From the NCBI RefSeq assembly GCF_009914755.1, contig NC_060931.1: a DNA stretch of 64,000 nucleotides, one strand, 5' to 3'. Position 1 is the stretch's first letter. Each line of letters opens with the position of its first letter. Positions 48,720 through 61,499 of the stretch are shown here, in pieces. Origin of the DNA: the human T2T-CHM13v2.0 reference genome, Homo sapiens. The notes below the pieces were generated by a model that saw only the letters and a program-made list of their open reading frames with translations, did no database searches and had not been told where the DNA came from. The position numbers and the translations under genes were made by a program.

Positions 48720-49550
48720 GTGTCTCAGTCAGCTTGGGTTTCTATAACAACATACCTTAGACTGGGTGGCTTCAACAGCAGAAATTTATTTTCTCACTGT
48801 CTGGAGGTTAGAAGTATAATATCAAGGTACTGGGTGATTTGGTTCATGGTGAGGACTCTCTGGCTCGTAGACAGCTGCTTTCTCACCGTGTCCTCACATG
48901 GGAGAGAGCGAAAGACAGAGTAAGGGAGAGAGAGCAAGAGAGCAAGCAGACAAATGCAAACTGTTTGGTCTCTTCTTACAAGGGCACCAACAGTCCATCT
49001 TGAGGGCTCCACCCTCAAGAGTTAAAGTGAGCAGTTTATTTAAAGTGAACTAAATATAGCCTGAGAAGGACTCCGTACTTCTATATTTGAGTTCTTGTGG
49101 ACAAACTGCAACCTAGCTTAATAGATAGACAAGATTGAAAACCTAATTTAGGAGTATGAGCCTGTAACAATAGCTGAGTCTTGGGCAATGCCAGCGGCCA
49201 TTCATATACTGCTGAGTGTTCAAACTGTGTTCAAATAAGGCAAACGCCGAGCTGTAACCAATCCAGCCATTCTGTACCTCACTTCCCATTTCTGTATGTC
49301 ATTTCCCACCCCCCCCCTTTTTTTTTTGTCTATAAATCTTCTTCCATCACATGGCTGTGCTGGAGTCTCTGTGAATCTGCTGTGATTCTGGGGACTGCCT
49401 AATTCACAAGTTGTTCATTGCTCAATTAAATTTAAATTTATTTGGCTGAAGTTTTTCGTTTATCAATCCTCATGACCCAAAGACCCCATCTCAAAATACC
49501 ATCACATAAGGCTTCAACATATACATTTTTGGGATAACAATTCAGTCGTT
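48720..49550 (-). mobile_element. MLT1A0-like MaLR LTR interrupted by MER57A
   Basis: TGTCTCAGTCAGCTTGGG...AGACTGGGTGGCTT...GAAATTTATTTTCTCAC...GAGGGCTCCACCCTCA, resuming at CCTCATGACC...AATACCATCACAT..GGCTTCAACATAT. Confidence 0.8.
49021..49465 (+). mobile_element. MER57A-type ERV1 solo LTR
   Basis: AACTAAATATAGCCTGAGAAGGACTCCGTACTTCTATATTTGAG...GCTGTAACCAATCCAGC...TCTATAAAT...TTGCTCAATTAAA. Confidence 0.85.
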
Positions 49551-52239
49551 AGTGGGAGAAATTAAGGGTTTTAACTTTTCTTGCTGAATGTGTGGCATCT
49601 GATGAGAAAAAACGTTCTATCCCCTTCCCATGCTTTGTACTGCACATGGTGGGATACAGTGGCACACCTAAAACAGCAGGATCAAGTCTAAAGACTGTGG
49701 GATTAAAAAAGAAAGTTGATTTCTGACCCTAGAAAACTAAGAGAAGGTAAGATAAGGTAGGGAAGGACGAAAACCTAGAGACCCTGGAAACCTTCCCTGT
49801 TTTGAAGCAAAGGTGATTGTCTTTTTCCTGCACTAGTTTATGCATTTAAATATAATCCTCAGAAGTGAAGTTTTCATTTAGCCTGATGTTTGTAGAGACT
49901 TTTTTTCCTGAGTGAGTGGCATGGATAAAAATCTTTTTCATATATTTTTAAAGGAAACTAGTTACCACTCCTTAGCTAGCCCACAGACTTGGAGAATGAT
50001 TCACATGTTGGTGGTAGGTATTATTGAGGAAAAATAATTCTAATGGTCATCCCTTGGTGGAATGGCCCTGTATGTATGATTAACAAAGATGTCTATGTTC
50101 ATGCTTTTATTTTATAACAATCCTGTAAGTTAATTAAAAGCATTATTTTAATTCCCATTTTATAGCTAAAAAATTGAGATATTTAATGTCTGAACTATGT
50201 CAAAGATAGTGAACAGTGACTATGTCTGCCCTCATCATTGCCACTATGCTGGACCATGCTAAAGTGGAAATTTTGATGCCTCTACAGACAGCTCTCGATT
50301 ATTTGCTATAATGGGAAACAGGCCCAATGCAATTGATTGGAAGTCCACTCTCCATCACCAGCTCTCAGTTTAGCTTCCTCTGCAGGCCCAATCACTACCT
50401 TGATTTAAGGCTACATTGACTTAACACACCTTTCTCCTTCCATTCCTTTATCTTGTTTTTTAAATCCTCTGTAGTAATGCTAACATGCATTTAAAAACAT
50501 GCAATTCTGGGATGAGAATCAAGGAGACCACAAAAAGCTACAAACTGGCAAATGAATAATGGAAAACTTAGTGAGTGTTTAGTGTTGTGTTAAGTGAAGC
50601 CAAGTCCTGTGCTGAACATGTGGGGGATAGGGGCTGCCATCTCCATATTTGCATGGTAGGTCACACACTGTATAGCTTTTTCCAATCCAGCATCCTTTTC
50701 CTTTTTTCTATTGTGGCCGCCACCTTAATACAGTGTCACAGTAGTTGGGAAGAAAGTTGGAGGACTCTGGAGATTGACTATTATTGTTATGCTGTTACCT
50801 GTCACGCTTTGAAAGGTCACAGATTTTTCTGTGTGAGGCGCTAGCTCTGTTGGTTCTGCTAACATGAAGGGAGTGCGGTGCTGACACAGGTCAGGAGAGG
50901 GCCTCTGGGAGAGGGAAAAAGGGGGAAACAAGGTCAGCCTAAGCTGGAGAGGGCTACAAAACCACAAGGAATCTGCCTGCTCCTTAGAACTGCACAAGAG
51001 GGTAGAATGATGTTGCACATTTTTTCAGACATTCATTCATTTATTCAAGAAATTGAGGTAGGCATGTATTATGGGCAGGACATGAGGGGTAGAACGTTCT
51101 CATCTAATACAATCTTGGGAGGAGAGTCATGTATTTGGAAAACAAACAAAAAACTCTTACATCACCAAGCAGAGTGACAGCTGAGGGGTTTGCATTTAGA
51201 GCACCCGAGCTTTTTTCAGATGGGACACAGGGGTTTAGGAGCTTCATGGAGGAGCCAGTGACTTAATGGCTTTCTCATTATCATTGCAACCTGATCTAAC
51301 TCAGTCTAGTCACATTCCAAACCTAAAGTTCTTTTGGGGATGATAAAAACAGATGCCAAAGAAGCCGTGAGGTGGGTGGGGCCTAAGGCTTTTCCATAAG
51401 CTGACGATTGTGTGATGTGGAAGTGAGACCAAATCCTGCCACGTGGACAGTTATTTATGGAACAGAACATACATCAGCAAGCACTCATCAGTTAACATCC
51501 TGTTCTGTGAAGTCAGTAAAGTCCTGGACCACTCAGAAAACCAGAATCTTCCCAATCAGGGCCTGGACACAGGACCATTTAGGGATGAGAACTAAAGCAC
51601 CATTCCTAAGGGTGCAGGTGACAGCATAACTGGGCTCTTATACCCTAGGCAAGAAATAAAGAGATATGTCTCTAAGGATTTCAGCTAATCCATATATTTT
51701 AAATACCTGTAATTTTTATCGATGAAAGCCCATTTTTAGCATTTATCATCGCTAGTTATCAAGTCATTATTTTCATAATAAAATCCCGTTTCTGACATTC
51801 ACTTTGCTAATTAACAAGGTCTTGGGCACTGATTGCTAGATGGAGTGCTGAAGCACGTGTAGTCATCTCCTCTAAAGGGTGGTGTTTCTGATGTATTGCC
51901 AGCTGGCCACCTTTAAAATGTGGGACTTCTGTTAGGACAGTTGAATGCTTAGAGTTGATGTTTACACTAGTTGTCAATTTCATATGTCACACTATCTATG
52001 CTGGGAACTATTTTAAAGTGACACCATGAGTAATATTGGCACCTTTTATTGAATATTTTCCTATTGAGTTGTCTGTTGGTACTAGTCTCTGCCTCTTCTG
52101 TCACTTTTCTGGAAATTACTCCACCCCTCCCGTCCCATGATAATTAATATCTATGACCCTGCCCTCCCTGGTCAGCAATGAACATAACCCAAATGTGGCT
52201 GATTAGCCTCTTGTCCTATAAAATAGGAATTGGGGCTCA

Positions 52240-52642
52240 GAGGGAGACCCAGTTACTTTTTGACAGCTGGACCCACCACCACAACAGTTCCAAAGCTCCC
52301 CAGTGGGCTACTCCCCAACAATAACCTTGCACAGCAGGATGAGTTACAGGTCCATTCCTGCAAGATACAGGACTCCTCAACCCAGAAACTTTGGTTCTAA
52401 GGTGTCTTGTGGGCCTGCCTGGGATGTTCTCCAGCTGAGCTGCAGTCCAAGGTTCTTTCTTGCCCAACCCTGCTTCCTTCCCCCTCTTCTCCACAGGAGT
52501 CAGACCTGCACCACGATCTGCAGGCTCTTTTTGTCTTCCCCAGCTCCTTCCCCTACTCCCTTTATGGGTAGTTCCTCCAATTAAACTCTTCTACAGCTAA
52601 TCCCATCTTGGCATCTGCATCAGGAGGACTTGAACTAACACA
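52240..52642 (+). mobile_element. LTR16A/B-like ERVL LTR
   Basis: Ends CCTCCAATTAAACTCTTCTACAGCTAATCCCATCTTGGCATCTGCATCAGGAGGACTTGAACTAACACA. Confidence 0.6.
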
Positions 52643-52789
52643 GTGGCTCTAGTCTCTTCCTGAGGCCTGATGATAATCCTCCTCTTGGGCTTTATGAGCT
52701 GTGTAGCCTAATTTTACATTTCCATTTTTAATGCTTAACCCACATGAGCAATTTACTGTTATTTGCAACCAAAAGAACAAATAGAGTTA

Positions 52790-53030
52790 CCAGGTACCAA
52801 GGGTTTTGCTAAGCTTCACAGATTTATTTTCTCACTTAATTCTTGGATTACCCCTGAGAAGTATGTATTTTTATCACCATTTCCCAGAAGAGGAATGAGT
52901 TTTAGAGACTGAGTAGTTTTCCCAGGATTACACCGTGGATCACACACAGCCTTAAGAGTGGAGAGGCTAGGATTTGAACTCAGAATTCTCAGACTCCCTG
53001 AGACTCAGACTCCAGAGCTTATGCTCTAAG
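52790..53030 (-). mobile_element. MIR SINE
   Basis: TTTTCTCACTTAATTCTT...CCATTTCCCAGAAGAGGAA...CACACAGC...GGATTTGAACTCAG. Confidence 0.6.
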
Positions 53031-53689
53031 CTATTCTTTTCTGCTGGGGTCTACATGATGATACAATTAATACTTGACCTCTGCCTCTTAAACCAAACTT
53101 CCCAGCAACTCCGTATTTCTTGGGATATCTTCCTGGACCCAGGTAACTCATTGCCCTTTCCTTCTTGCCTCTAAATCAATGTTGAAATATTCCTCAGACC
53201 TTTCATCCTCTGAGCTTGAAACATGTGCCATCTGTGGGCTGGAAGACAATCGGCTTCATTCCTATAGTAAATAAGGAAAGGTAAAGATTGCATGGCTGCC
53301 ATCTCTCTACCATCTCCATAAATAGGCCTCATTTACATTGGTGTCAGAACTAGAGGAGGCAGAACAAATGATACTTTGTGAGGGGACAGACATAATTCAA
53401 AATGCGAAAGGAATTACAAAGAGACTTTCATGTGTTGTGCAATGCTGCAAGTCAGGAGAGACTTGGTGGCTCTCCCTACAATTTTAAAAATAGATTTTTT
53501 AAAAAACACCCCAAACATAACCCAAGTAAATAGTTTGACAGATTACTGAGAATTGCTATATTCTTGAGCCACTGAAGCAAGATTTTCACTCTCTTTAGAA
53601 AACAGCGCAAACTGGGCAATCGAAAGTATGAAATCCCATCTGGGAACAAAGTACAAGATGAATACAACTATGAAAATGGAAAGCAGTCA

Positions 53690-54040
53690 AGCCAGAGCCA
53701 TCCCTTTCCTAGCACACACAGGCTGCCTACCTGGGGGGGTTATGCCCCTCCCCATGTACTACCCCTTAGGGTACAGCCAACAACTGACTGACATGGAGGA
53801 CAAAAGGCTGGTCCCCTTTCCCCACAGAGGGATGGGCTCTGTGGTACATTCTTGTTCCAGAGCTCTCATGAGACCAGGCTCTCAGTCAGGGTCCTGCTGA
53901 GATGGCACACTTGCTTAGCCCCTTTCTCTGCCTCATCCTGTTTGTCTCATTTCTCTTTTGAGAACCCTCCTTCTTTGATAAGTTACATCTACAAGAATCC
54001 TTGTCTCAGGCTCTGCTTCTAGGGAATCCAATCTAAAATA
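53690..54040 (+). mobile_element. LTR16C/E-like ERVL LTR
   Basis: TACAGCCAACAACTGACTGACATGG...AAAGGCTGGTCCCCTT...CAAGAATCCTTGTCTCAGGCTCTGCTTCTAGGGAATCCAATCTAA. Confidence 0.65.
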
Positions 54041-54392
54041 GTGGCTTGCAGGAGTTTTATTTGGGAAGAACTGGAATGCAGGCTATCATCCTGGGTACTT
54101 TCTTGGACCCTGGGGAATGTTGGAGAACAAGTTTTGGGGTGGTAGAAAATCTTTAGAAAAAGGGGAGAGAGAAGAAGAACAATGCTGAAAAGTGAGAGAA
54201 GCTAGTGAACAAATGAAGCAAGAAACTCTTGACTGAGGAAAACTTTTCTCTGTAGGAGTTCAGATTCCTAAGAACACATGAGCATATCTGTCACCTTTCC
54301 AGGGTGTCCTTAATCTGGAAGATGGGGTATTTTGAGGATGTTGTTACAAATGCTCTTGTTGGATTTTGACTCCACCCTTCCATGCTTTCTGA

Positions 54393-54803
<411 letters not shown>

Positions 54804-55460
54804 TAGCTGGCAGCTGGCATTGATTATCCTTCCACAGGATAATTAGAGTGCTGGCGCCTCTGCAGAGTACAGCATCTGTACAATGATTTGCTGTAATAGC
54901 TAAAGGAGATTCAAGAATTAGTCACTTCTTTTGTTCAGATCAGTCTGCAAGCTACCATTTAAGAAGGATGTGTCCGGGACTCAGGGAGGCATGAAGTTCT
55001 TTAGATAGCAGTAAAGTGGAATGGTTCAAAGCTTGGGCTCTGTGGTCAGCTTCCCTATATAGGGTTTGCAATGGTTAAATGAGACGATACTTTTAGAGCG
55101 TGTAGCACAAGGTGACATGAAGTAAGTACACACTAAATGTCACCTATCATGATGATGGATCCTGAGCCCCTCCAGCATTGATTCCATGAGTCCTCTCATG
55201 TTACCTCTTCCCTTTGCTCTGTCTAGTTGTTGGTGCTTTGGGGTCTCAAAGAGGAGATGCTGTTTTTGAGGATGACCCAGACCCTCCTTGTTGACTCCCA
55301 AACTGTTTAATCTTAGTTCACAGATGATTAGCTCCATAGGACCCCATGCCAGCTTCTGATCCTATCCCTTAGCTATGCCCCCATCCCATCATCCCCTAGT
55401 CTCTGCTTTTGGCAACTTATGCCTGGCCCTCCCAGTCAGCAATTCTTGCCTTTCAGATTT

Positions 55461-55636
55461 TTTTGTTTTGTTTTGATTTTTTCGAGACAAAGTCTCACTA
55501 TGTTGCTCAGGCGAGAGTGCAGTGGCTATTCACAGGTGCAATCATAGTGCAGTACAGCCTTGAACTCCTGGCCTCAACCGAACATCCTGCCTCAGCCTCC
55601 TGAGTAGCCGGAACTACCGACTGCATCTCGTTGCCG
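55461..55636 (-). mobile_element. FAM (fossil Alu monomer, 7SL-derived)
   Basis: Monomer containing AGTGCAGTGGCTATTCACAGGTGCAATCATAG, a 7SL segment retained in FAM. T-rich tail and 9-bp TSD TTCAGATTT (55452-55460 and 55637-55645). Confidence 0.85.
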
Positions 55637-56549
55637 TTCAGATTTGGACACTTACTGTGATCTTGGGTGAGAAAATATTTCATCCCATTATGTAGCTAGG
55701 GAGTTACCTGGAAACCTATCAGCTACACTTGCCTTCCCACCTCCTGAGTGGAAGGGAGTGCACCCCTCTCTTGCTTTGAGGCATGGAAAAGCAAAGACTT
55801 GGGAAGAAAGAACATACTCCAGTTTTTTGTTTTTTTTTTTAACCCCACCTTCAGCCTTGGATACCAAGACAGGATCTGTATTACCAATCAATATGCACAT
55901 TAAAAACATGTTTTGTGTTAACTTAGTTGGACTTAATTGCTATTTTTACTTCCATTTGACTGGGGAATTATATGCTTTGTTACTATTTTACTAGCATCTC
56001 CTCACTATCTAGGCATGGCTCAATGCTCTCCATTCCTTTGGTGGCCAACTGCATTGCTGATGAAGACATGAGTAGAACATTTATGCAAGACAAATTTATT
56101 GTACTTTGTGATTTTCAGAGGTATGACCTGTCATGACAACATTTCAGTGCTTTGTGGCCTCAAGAGATTTGTGTTTGGGGAATGGAACACAGTGGGAGTG
56201 GGTGTCTCTATTCAACCTTTATGCCTGAAACCCTGTACTCCACATTCCTGATCTTTGAATTTCTCCAACTTTCCTACCTTAAGGTTCACACCAAGGCCTC
56301 TCCCAAAACCCAGTTCCCCATGATCATATTTTGTGTAGGATGCGGGGATCCTGGCCAAGGCAGCTTTTTCTTGAACATTTACCTGAGAGTAGGGTTAAAT
56401 GCTCAAGAAACATGGAGCCTAAGACAAATAGGAACTTGAAAAAATAATCTAGCAGCTTATTTGTTTATGCATTTTTTTTAAATGAAAAACAATCCAGCAG
56501 TGCTGGGGATGATTTTTGTTGTTTGCTCTTGCTAGTCATTTTGCTGAAA

Positions 56550-56740
56550 GACAAAGTGCTGGATGCTAGTCCAGCCCAGGCTTCTCCATTTAGCAGCTGT
56601 GACTTTGGACACAGGACTTCACCTGGTTAAGACTTGGGTTCCGCTTCCTTAGAATGGGGATAATACCTACTCCATGGAGTTGTTAGGAGAATGAGTGCAC
56701 CTGGCACACAGGAATCATGTAATACATGAGGAACATTATG
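56550..56740 (+). mobile_element. MIR SINE
   Basis: CCATTTAGCAGCTGTGACTTTGGACA...AATGGGGATAATACCTAC...GTTGTTAGGAGAAT...CCTGGCACACAG. Confidence 0.6.
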
Positions 56741-58930
56741 ATTATAAACTGCAAAGATTAGTCATAAAATATCACAGCTGGAAGGGGACCTCTATTATTG
56801 AGAAGGTTGAGGTTTTCAAGAAAGAAAACAAAGGTACCAGATGCTGCATTCCCTTTCCCATAACTTCCCATAAAAGTATTGAGTGTGATATGAAACCAGT
56901 TCACAGGCAGAGGAATAAAGACTGGTGATTTAATGTCTAATGAGGTGTTATTCATGTTTACTAAGGTTGCAATAGATAAACCTATATTGCTCACTCTTAT
57001 TTCTTATGATTCCAGAATTTATTTTTAAGTATCCTTTTGAGATAGAGGTTGAGAAAGGAGAGACATCGTGGTTGAAGGTAGGAATAAAGCTTGTTCAACT
57101 CTAGGTATGTTTAATTCATTTTGTGAACTATTAGTACAATAAATGCTGATTTCATTCACAACTAAGTGGGGCTATTTATGTTTGAATGAAAAGCACGTGC
57201 ACTTGCTCACACAAAGCTCTATTGTGAACTAAAAAAATCAATTTTTATTGTTCAAACAACTATGCATTAGTCAAAGGCCCCAAATGAGGGTTCTGAGAAT
57301 TGTGGGCATAAACTAGGAATATTAATGTGTTAGAATTTTTATGTGGTTTCATAGGATGGATGGGGATGTAATAGAGGTGAGCAGGCTCAAGAATATTTTC
57401 CAGTGGCCTTGATGCTGCCCACTTAAGCTTTATTATGTTGCATTGGTGATTCTATAGCACACAGCAAGACAAGTCTTTGATTTATTCACAGCTTCATAGT
57501 GAATGAGAGATCAGCAATGTCTAAAGAAGCAGCAGCTGTGTTTGTGAGGACTACTTCACTTAGGGGTTCGAGAAACAAACAAGGAGTGCCACATGCATAG
57601 AGCCCACAAGTGCCTTTAGAATTGACAGAGATTGAAGCTCTGGAGGTCTAGAGAGAGGCCACAACACATTCTGCATTCCCATTGGCTTAGAGCTATGTCC
57701 ACAAGGTCAGTTTTCAGAGAATGGCCATTCCCTTTATGCATTTTATACTCATATATATGACCTCCACAGGCAAAAAGCACCTTTAAATAACTGTTTTCTC
57801 TGGTTTCTATGAAGAATATTTGTAAATTGGGAAAATTCAATAAAATAGAATGAATAAAATAAACATCTTCTCAAATCTTCCCTAAAGATAACCTCTGTAT
57901 CATCATGGTGTGAATAAATAGTACATATAATATACTCAGTACAGTGTCTGGAAGGTAGTAAGTTCATAATAAATAACTAAAAATGTTTTGTATGTAATTT
58001 TTCTTTCCGTTGTTTTCCCTACTTATATACATGCATTTGTTGAATAAGTGAATATCCAACAAATATTCACTGAGCACCAGGCACTTTGAAATGGGCTAAG
58101 GAGAAGGGAATAACACAGTGGCGTGAACAAGACATAGTCTTTTGCCCATAAGTTGCTCACAATTTTAGTAGAAGTTACAAACAGGTAAATGGACCGTTGC
58201 AATGTAATGGGAGAGGTGATGTAGAATGTGCTACGTTGAGACTATCAGACTGCTATGGTTTGGTTCTGCGTCCCCACCCAAATCTTAGCTTAAATTGTAA
58301 TCCCCACTCGTTGAGGGAGGGACGTGGCTGAAGGTGATTGGATCATAAGGGCAGTTTCCCCCAGGCTGTTCTCATGATAATGAAGGAGTTCTCACGAGAT
58401 CGTGTTGTTAATAAGTGTCTGGCATTTCCCTTGCATTGTCCCTCTCTCTCTCCTGCCATCTTTTGAAGACAGTGCTTGTTTCTCCTTTGCCTTCTACCAG
58501 GATTGTAAGTTTCCTTAGCCATGCGGAACTGTGAGTCAATTAAACCTCCTTCCTTTGTAAATTACCCATTCTCAGATAGTATCTTTATAGCAGTGTGAGA
58601 ATGGACTAACACAGAGAATTGGTAACAGGAGTTGTGTACTGCTATAAAGGTAATATGAAAATGTGGAAGTGACTTTGGAACTGGATAACAGACAGAGCTT
58701 GGAACAGTTTGGAGGGCTCAAAAGAAGACAGGAAAATATGGAAAAGTTTGGAACTTCCTAGAGATTTGTTGAATGGTTTTGACCAAAATCCTGATAGTGA
58801 TATGGACAATGAAGTCCAGACTGAGGTGGTCTCTGATGGAGATGAGGAACATATTAGGAAGTAGAGCAAAGGTCACTCTTCCTATGCTTTAGCAAAGAGA
58901 CTGGCAGCATTTTGCCCCTGCCCTAAAGAT

Positions 58931-59401
58931 ATGTGGAATTTTGAACTTGAGAGAGATGATTTAGGGTATCTTGTGGAAGAAATTTCTAAGCAGCAAAACA
59001 TTCAAGATGTGACCTGGCTTATTCTGAAAGCGTTCAGTTATATGTGTTCACAAAGAGATGGTTTGAAATGGGAACTTATGTCTAAAAGGGAAGCAGAGAA
59101 TAAAGGTTTGGAAAATTTGCAGCCTGATCATGTGATAAAAAAGGAAAACCCATTTTCTGGGGAGGAATTCAAGCCAGCTGCAGAAATTTGCATAAGTAAC
59201 AAGGAGCTGAAAGTTAATAGCCAAGACAATGGAGAAAATGTCTCCAGGGCATGTCAGAGACCTTCACAGCAGCCCCTCCCATTAAAGGCCCAGAGGCCTA
59301 GAAGGGAAAATTGGTGGGCCAGGCCCAGGGTCCTGTTGCTCTGTGCAGCCCTGGGATATGGCACCCTGCATTCCAGCTGCTCCAGCTTCATCCACTGCTA
59401 A
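58931..59401 (+). pseudogene. MaLR internal (gag-like) ORF remnant, 156 aa
   Basis: Peptide typical of the THE1/MST internal ORF. Upstream stops and a downstream frameshift are present. Confidence 0.7.
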
Positions 59402-60305
59402 AAGGGGCCAATGTACAGCTCAGGCCATTGCTTCAGAGAGCTGAAGCTCCAGACCTTGGTGACTTCCATGTGGTGTTGGGCCTGTGGGTGCACAGAAGAC
59501 AAGAGTTGAGTTTTGGGAGACTCAACCTAGATTTCAGAGGATGTATGGTAACTCCTGAATGTCCAGGCAGAAGTGTGATGCAAGGATGGAGGCCTCATGG
59601 AGAACCTCTACTAAGGCAATGCAGAGGGGAAATGTGGGATTGGAGCTCCAACACAGAGTCCCTACTGGGGCTCTGCCTAGGGATCTGTGAGAATAGGGCC
59701 ATCACCCTCCAGACCCCAGAAAGAAAGATCCACCAACAGTTTTGACCATATGCCTGGAAAAGCCACAGGCACCCAACGCCAGCCTGTGAAAGCAGCTGCA
59801 GGTGCTGTACCCTGCAGAGCCACAGGGGCAGAGCTGCCCAAGGCCTTGGGAGCCTACCTCTTGCATCAATATGTCGTGGATGTGAGACATGAAGTCAAAG
59901 GAAATCATTTTGGAGATTTAAGATTTAATGACTGCCCTGTTGGATTTTAGACTTGCATGGGGCCTGTGGCCCCTTCATTTTGGCCAATTTCTCCCATTTG
60001 GAACAGGAACATTTACCCAATGCCTATACCCCCACTGTATCTTGTAAGTAACTAACTAGCTTTTGATTTTATGGGCTCATAGGCTGAAGAGACTTGCCTT
60101 GTCCCAGATGAGACTTTGGACTTGGACTTTGGAGTAAATGCTGGAATGAGTTAAAACTTTGAGGGGGTGTTTGGAAGTTATGATTGGGTTTGAAACGTGA
60201 AAAGAACATGAGATTTGGAAGAGTCCAGATGTGAAATGATATGGTTTGGCTGCGTATCCCCACCAAAATCTTATCTCAGATTGTAATCCCCACGTGTCAA
60301 GGGAG

Positions 60306-61499
60306 TGTCACAGGATCCTTTAGGTGTTGCCTCACCAGCCAGCAACCTCTGTGGCTGGTTCTACTTACTTGGCCCAGCAGGCTATGCCTGGCTCATGCTA
60401 CTGGCCCAGATTCCACACCCGCCAAGGGTAGCCAGGCATGCAATGGTAAGGGGTGTATGAGCAAGCAAGTGTGGGGTCCAGCCACTATGCACAGACAGGC
60501 ATGTTGGCTGCTGTGGCAGGGTGGGCAGCTCTAGGAACTGGCACTGGGGGCTGTGGCTGGACCAGGCATACCACAAGTGGCTTCTGCTGCAGGCACCCAC
60601 TTCTGGACAGTGGATGCAATGGCACCTGAAAACTCAGAGATGCCAGCAACTGTGGAGTCCCAAGGGGTGGAAGGCAGTGTGCTATAGCTCTCATTCCTGC
60701 TGTGCACAGCTGGGCAAATGGTGGAGGAATGTTTTCAGTTTGTTCAGACCCACCACCTTGCTCTGGCCTGTGGCTCCTGGGCTGGCCCAGCCCCACTGCC
60801 CCTTCCTGTCACATGAGGTGGCCACCCAGTAGCAACAGAGGGTGGGAGGGCTATAGTGTTACAGCTGTGGCTAGGGGATTCCTGAGGTCTGGGCCCCCAG
60901 AAAGGTCACTGCTTTTCACATCCACACTCTGGGAAACAGGAGTGTGTCACCACCCACATCTTGGTGAACCAACCAGAAACATGTTACAGCCCTTTTTGCT
61001 CCCACTTGCAGCTCGGTGAGCTAGCCAGAAAAGTGTTACAGCCCTTTTTGCACCCACCATTCAGCAGGTCCCGAGTTCTTGTCCTGCATCCAGTAAGAAT
61101 GAGGTTAGGTGGAAAACTGGAAGGTGAGCAAGGCAGAGAAGAGTTTTATTGAGTGACAATGGAGAGGAGACCCTAAGTGGGTAGCTTCTATTAGCAGGCA
61201 CGTGGTCCTTATGTGTGGCTGAGTCTGGGGGTTTTTATGGGCTTAGAATGGAGCGAATGCATGCTGATTGGTCCATGGGTGGCAGGAAGTGTGTGCTAAT
61301 TGGTCCATGGGTGAGCTTGGAGAAAACAAACACCATTTGATTGGCTGAAAGGCATCAAGGAAGCTCTCACTCCAGGTTGTGGATTCTACCCGGAACCGAA
61401 AGCCTGGTTTTCAGGCTTCAGGTTGTCTTTGGCTTGAAGGTTGGCTTTCATGGGGGACCTTCCCCTATCTGCCTAGGAATTTGTCTCCTGCTGCTATCA
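60306..61499 (-). mobile_element. MER52-type ERV1 solo LTR
   Basis: Reverse complement starts TGATAGCAGCAGGAGACAAATTCCTAGGCAGATAGGGG. TG...CA termini, CCAAT boxes at about 61264-61345, 4-bp TSD GGAG/GGAA. Confidence 0.85.

Noticed and set aside
60965-61060. Direct repeats CCAGAAA..TGTTACAGCCCTTTTTGC and repeated CCAAT boxes nearby
   Set aside because: They lie inside the MER52-type LTR and are probably part of its consensus structure.
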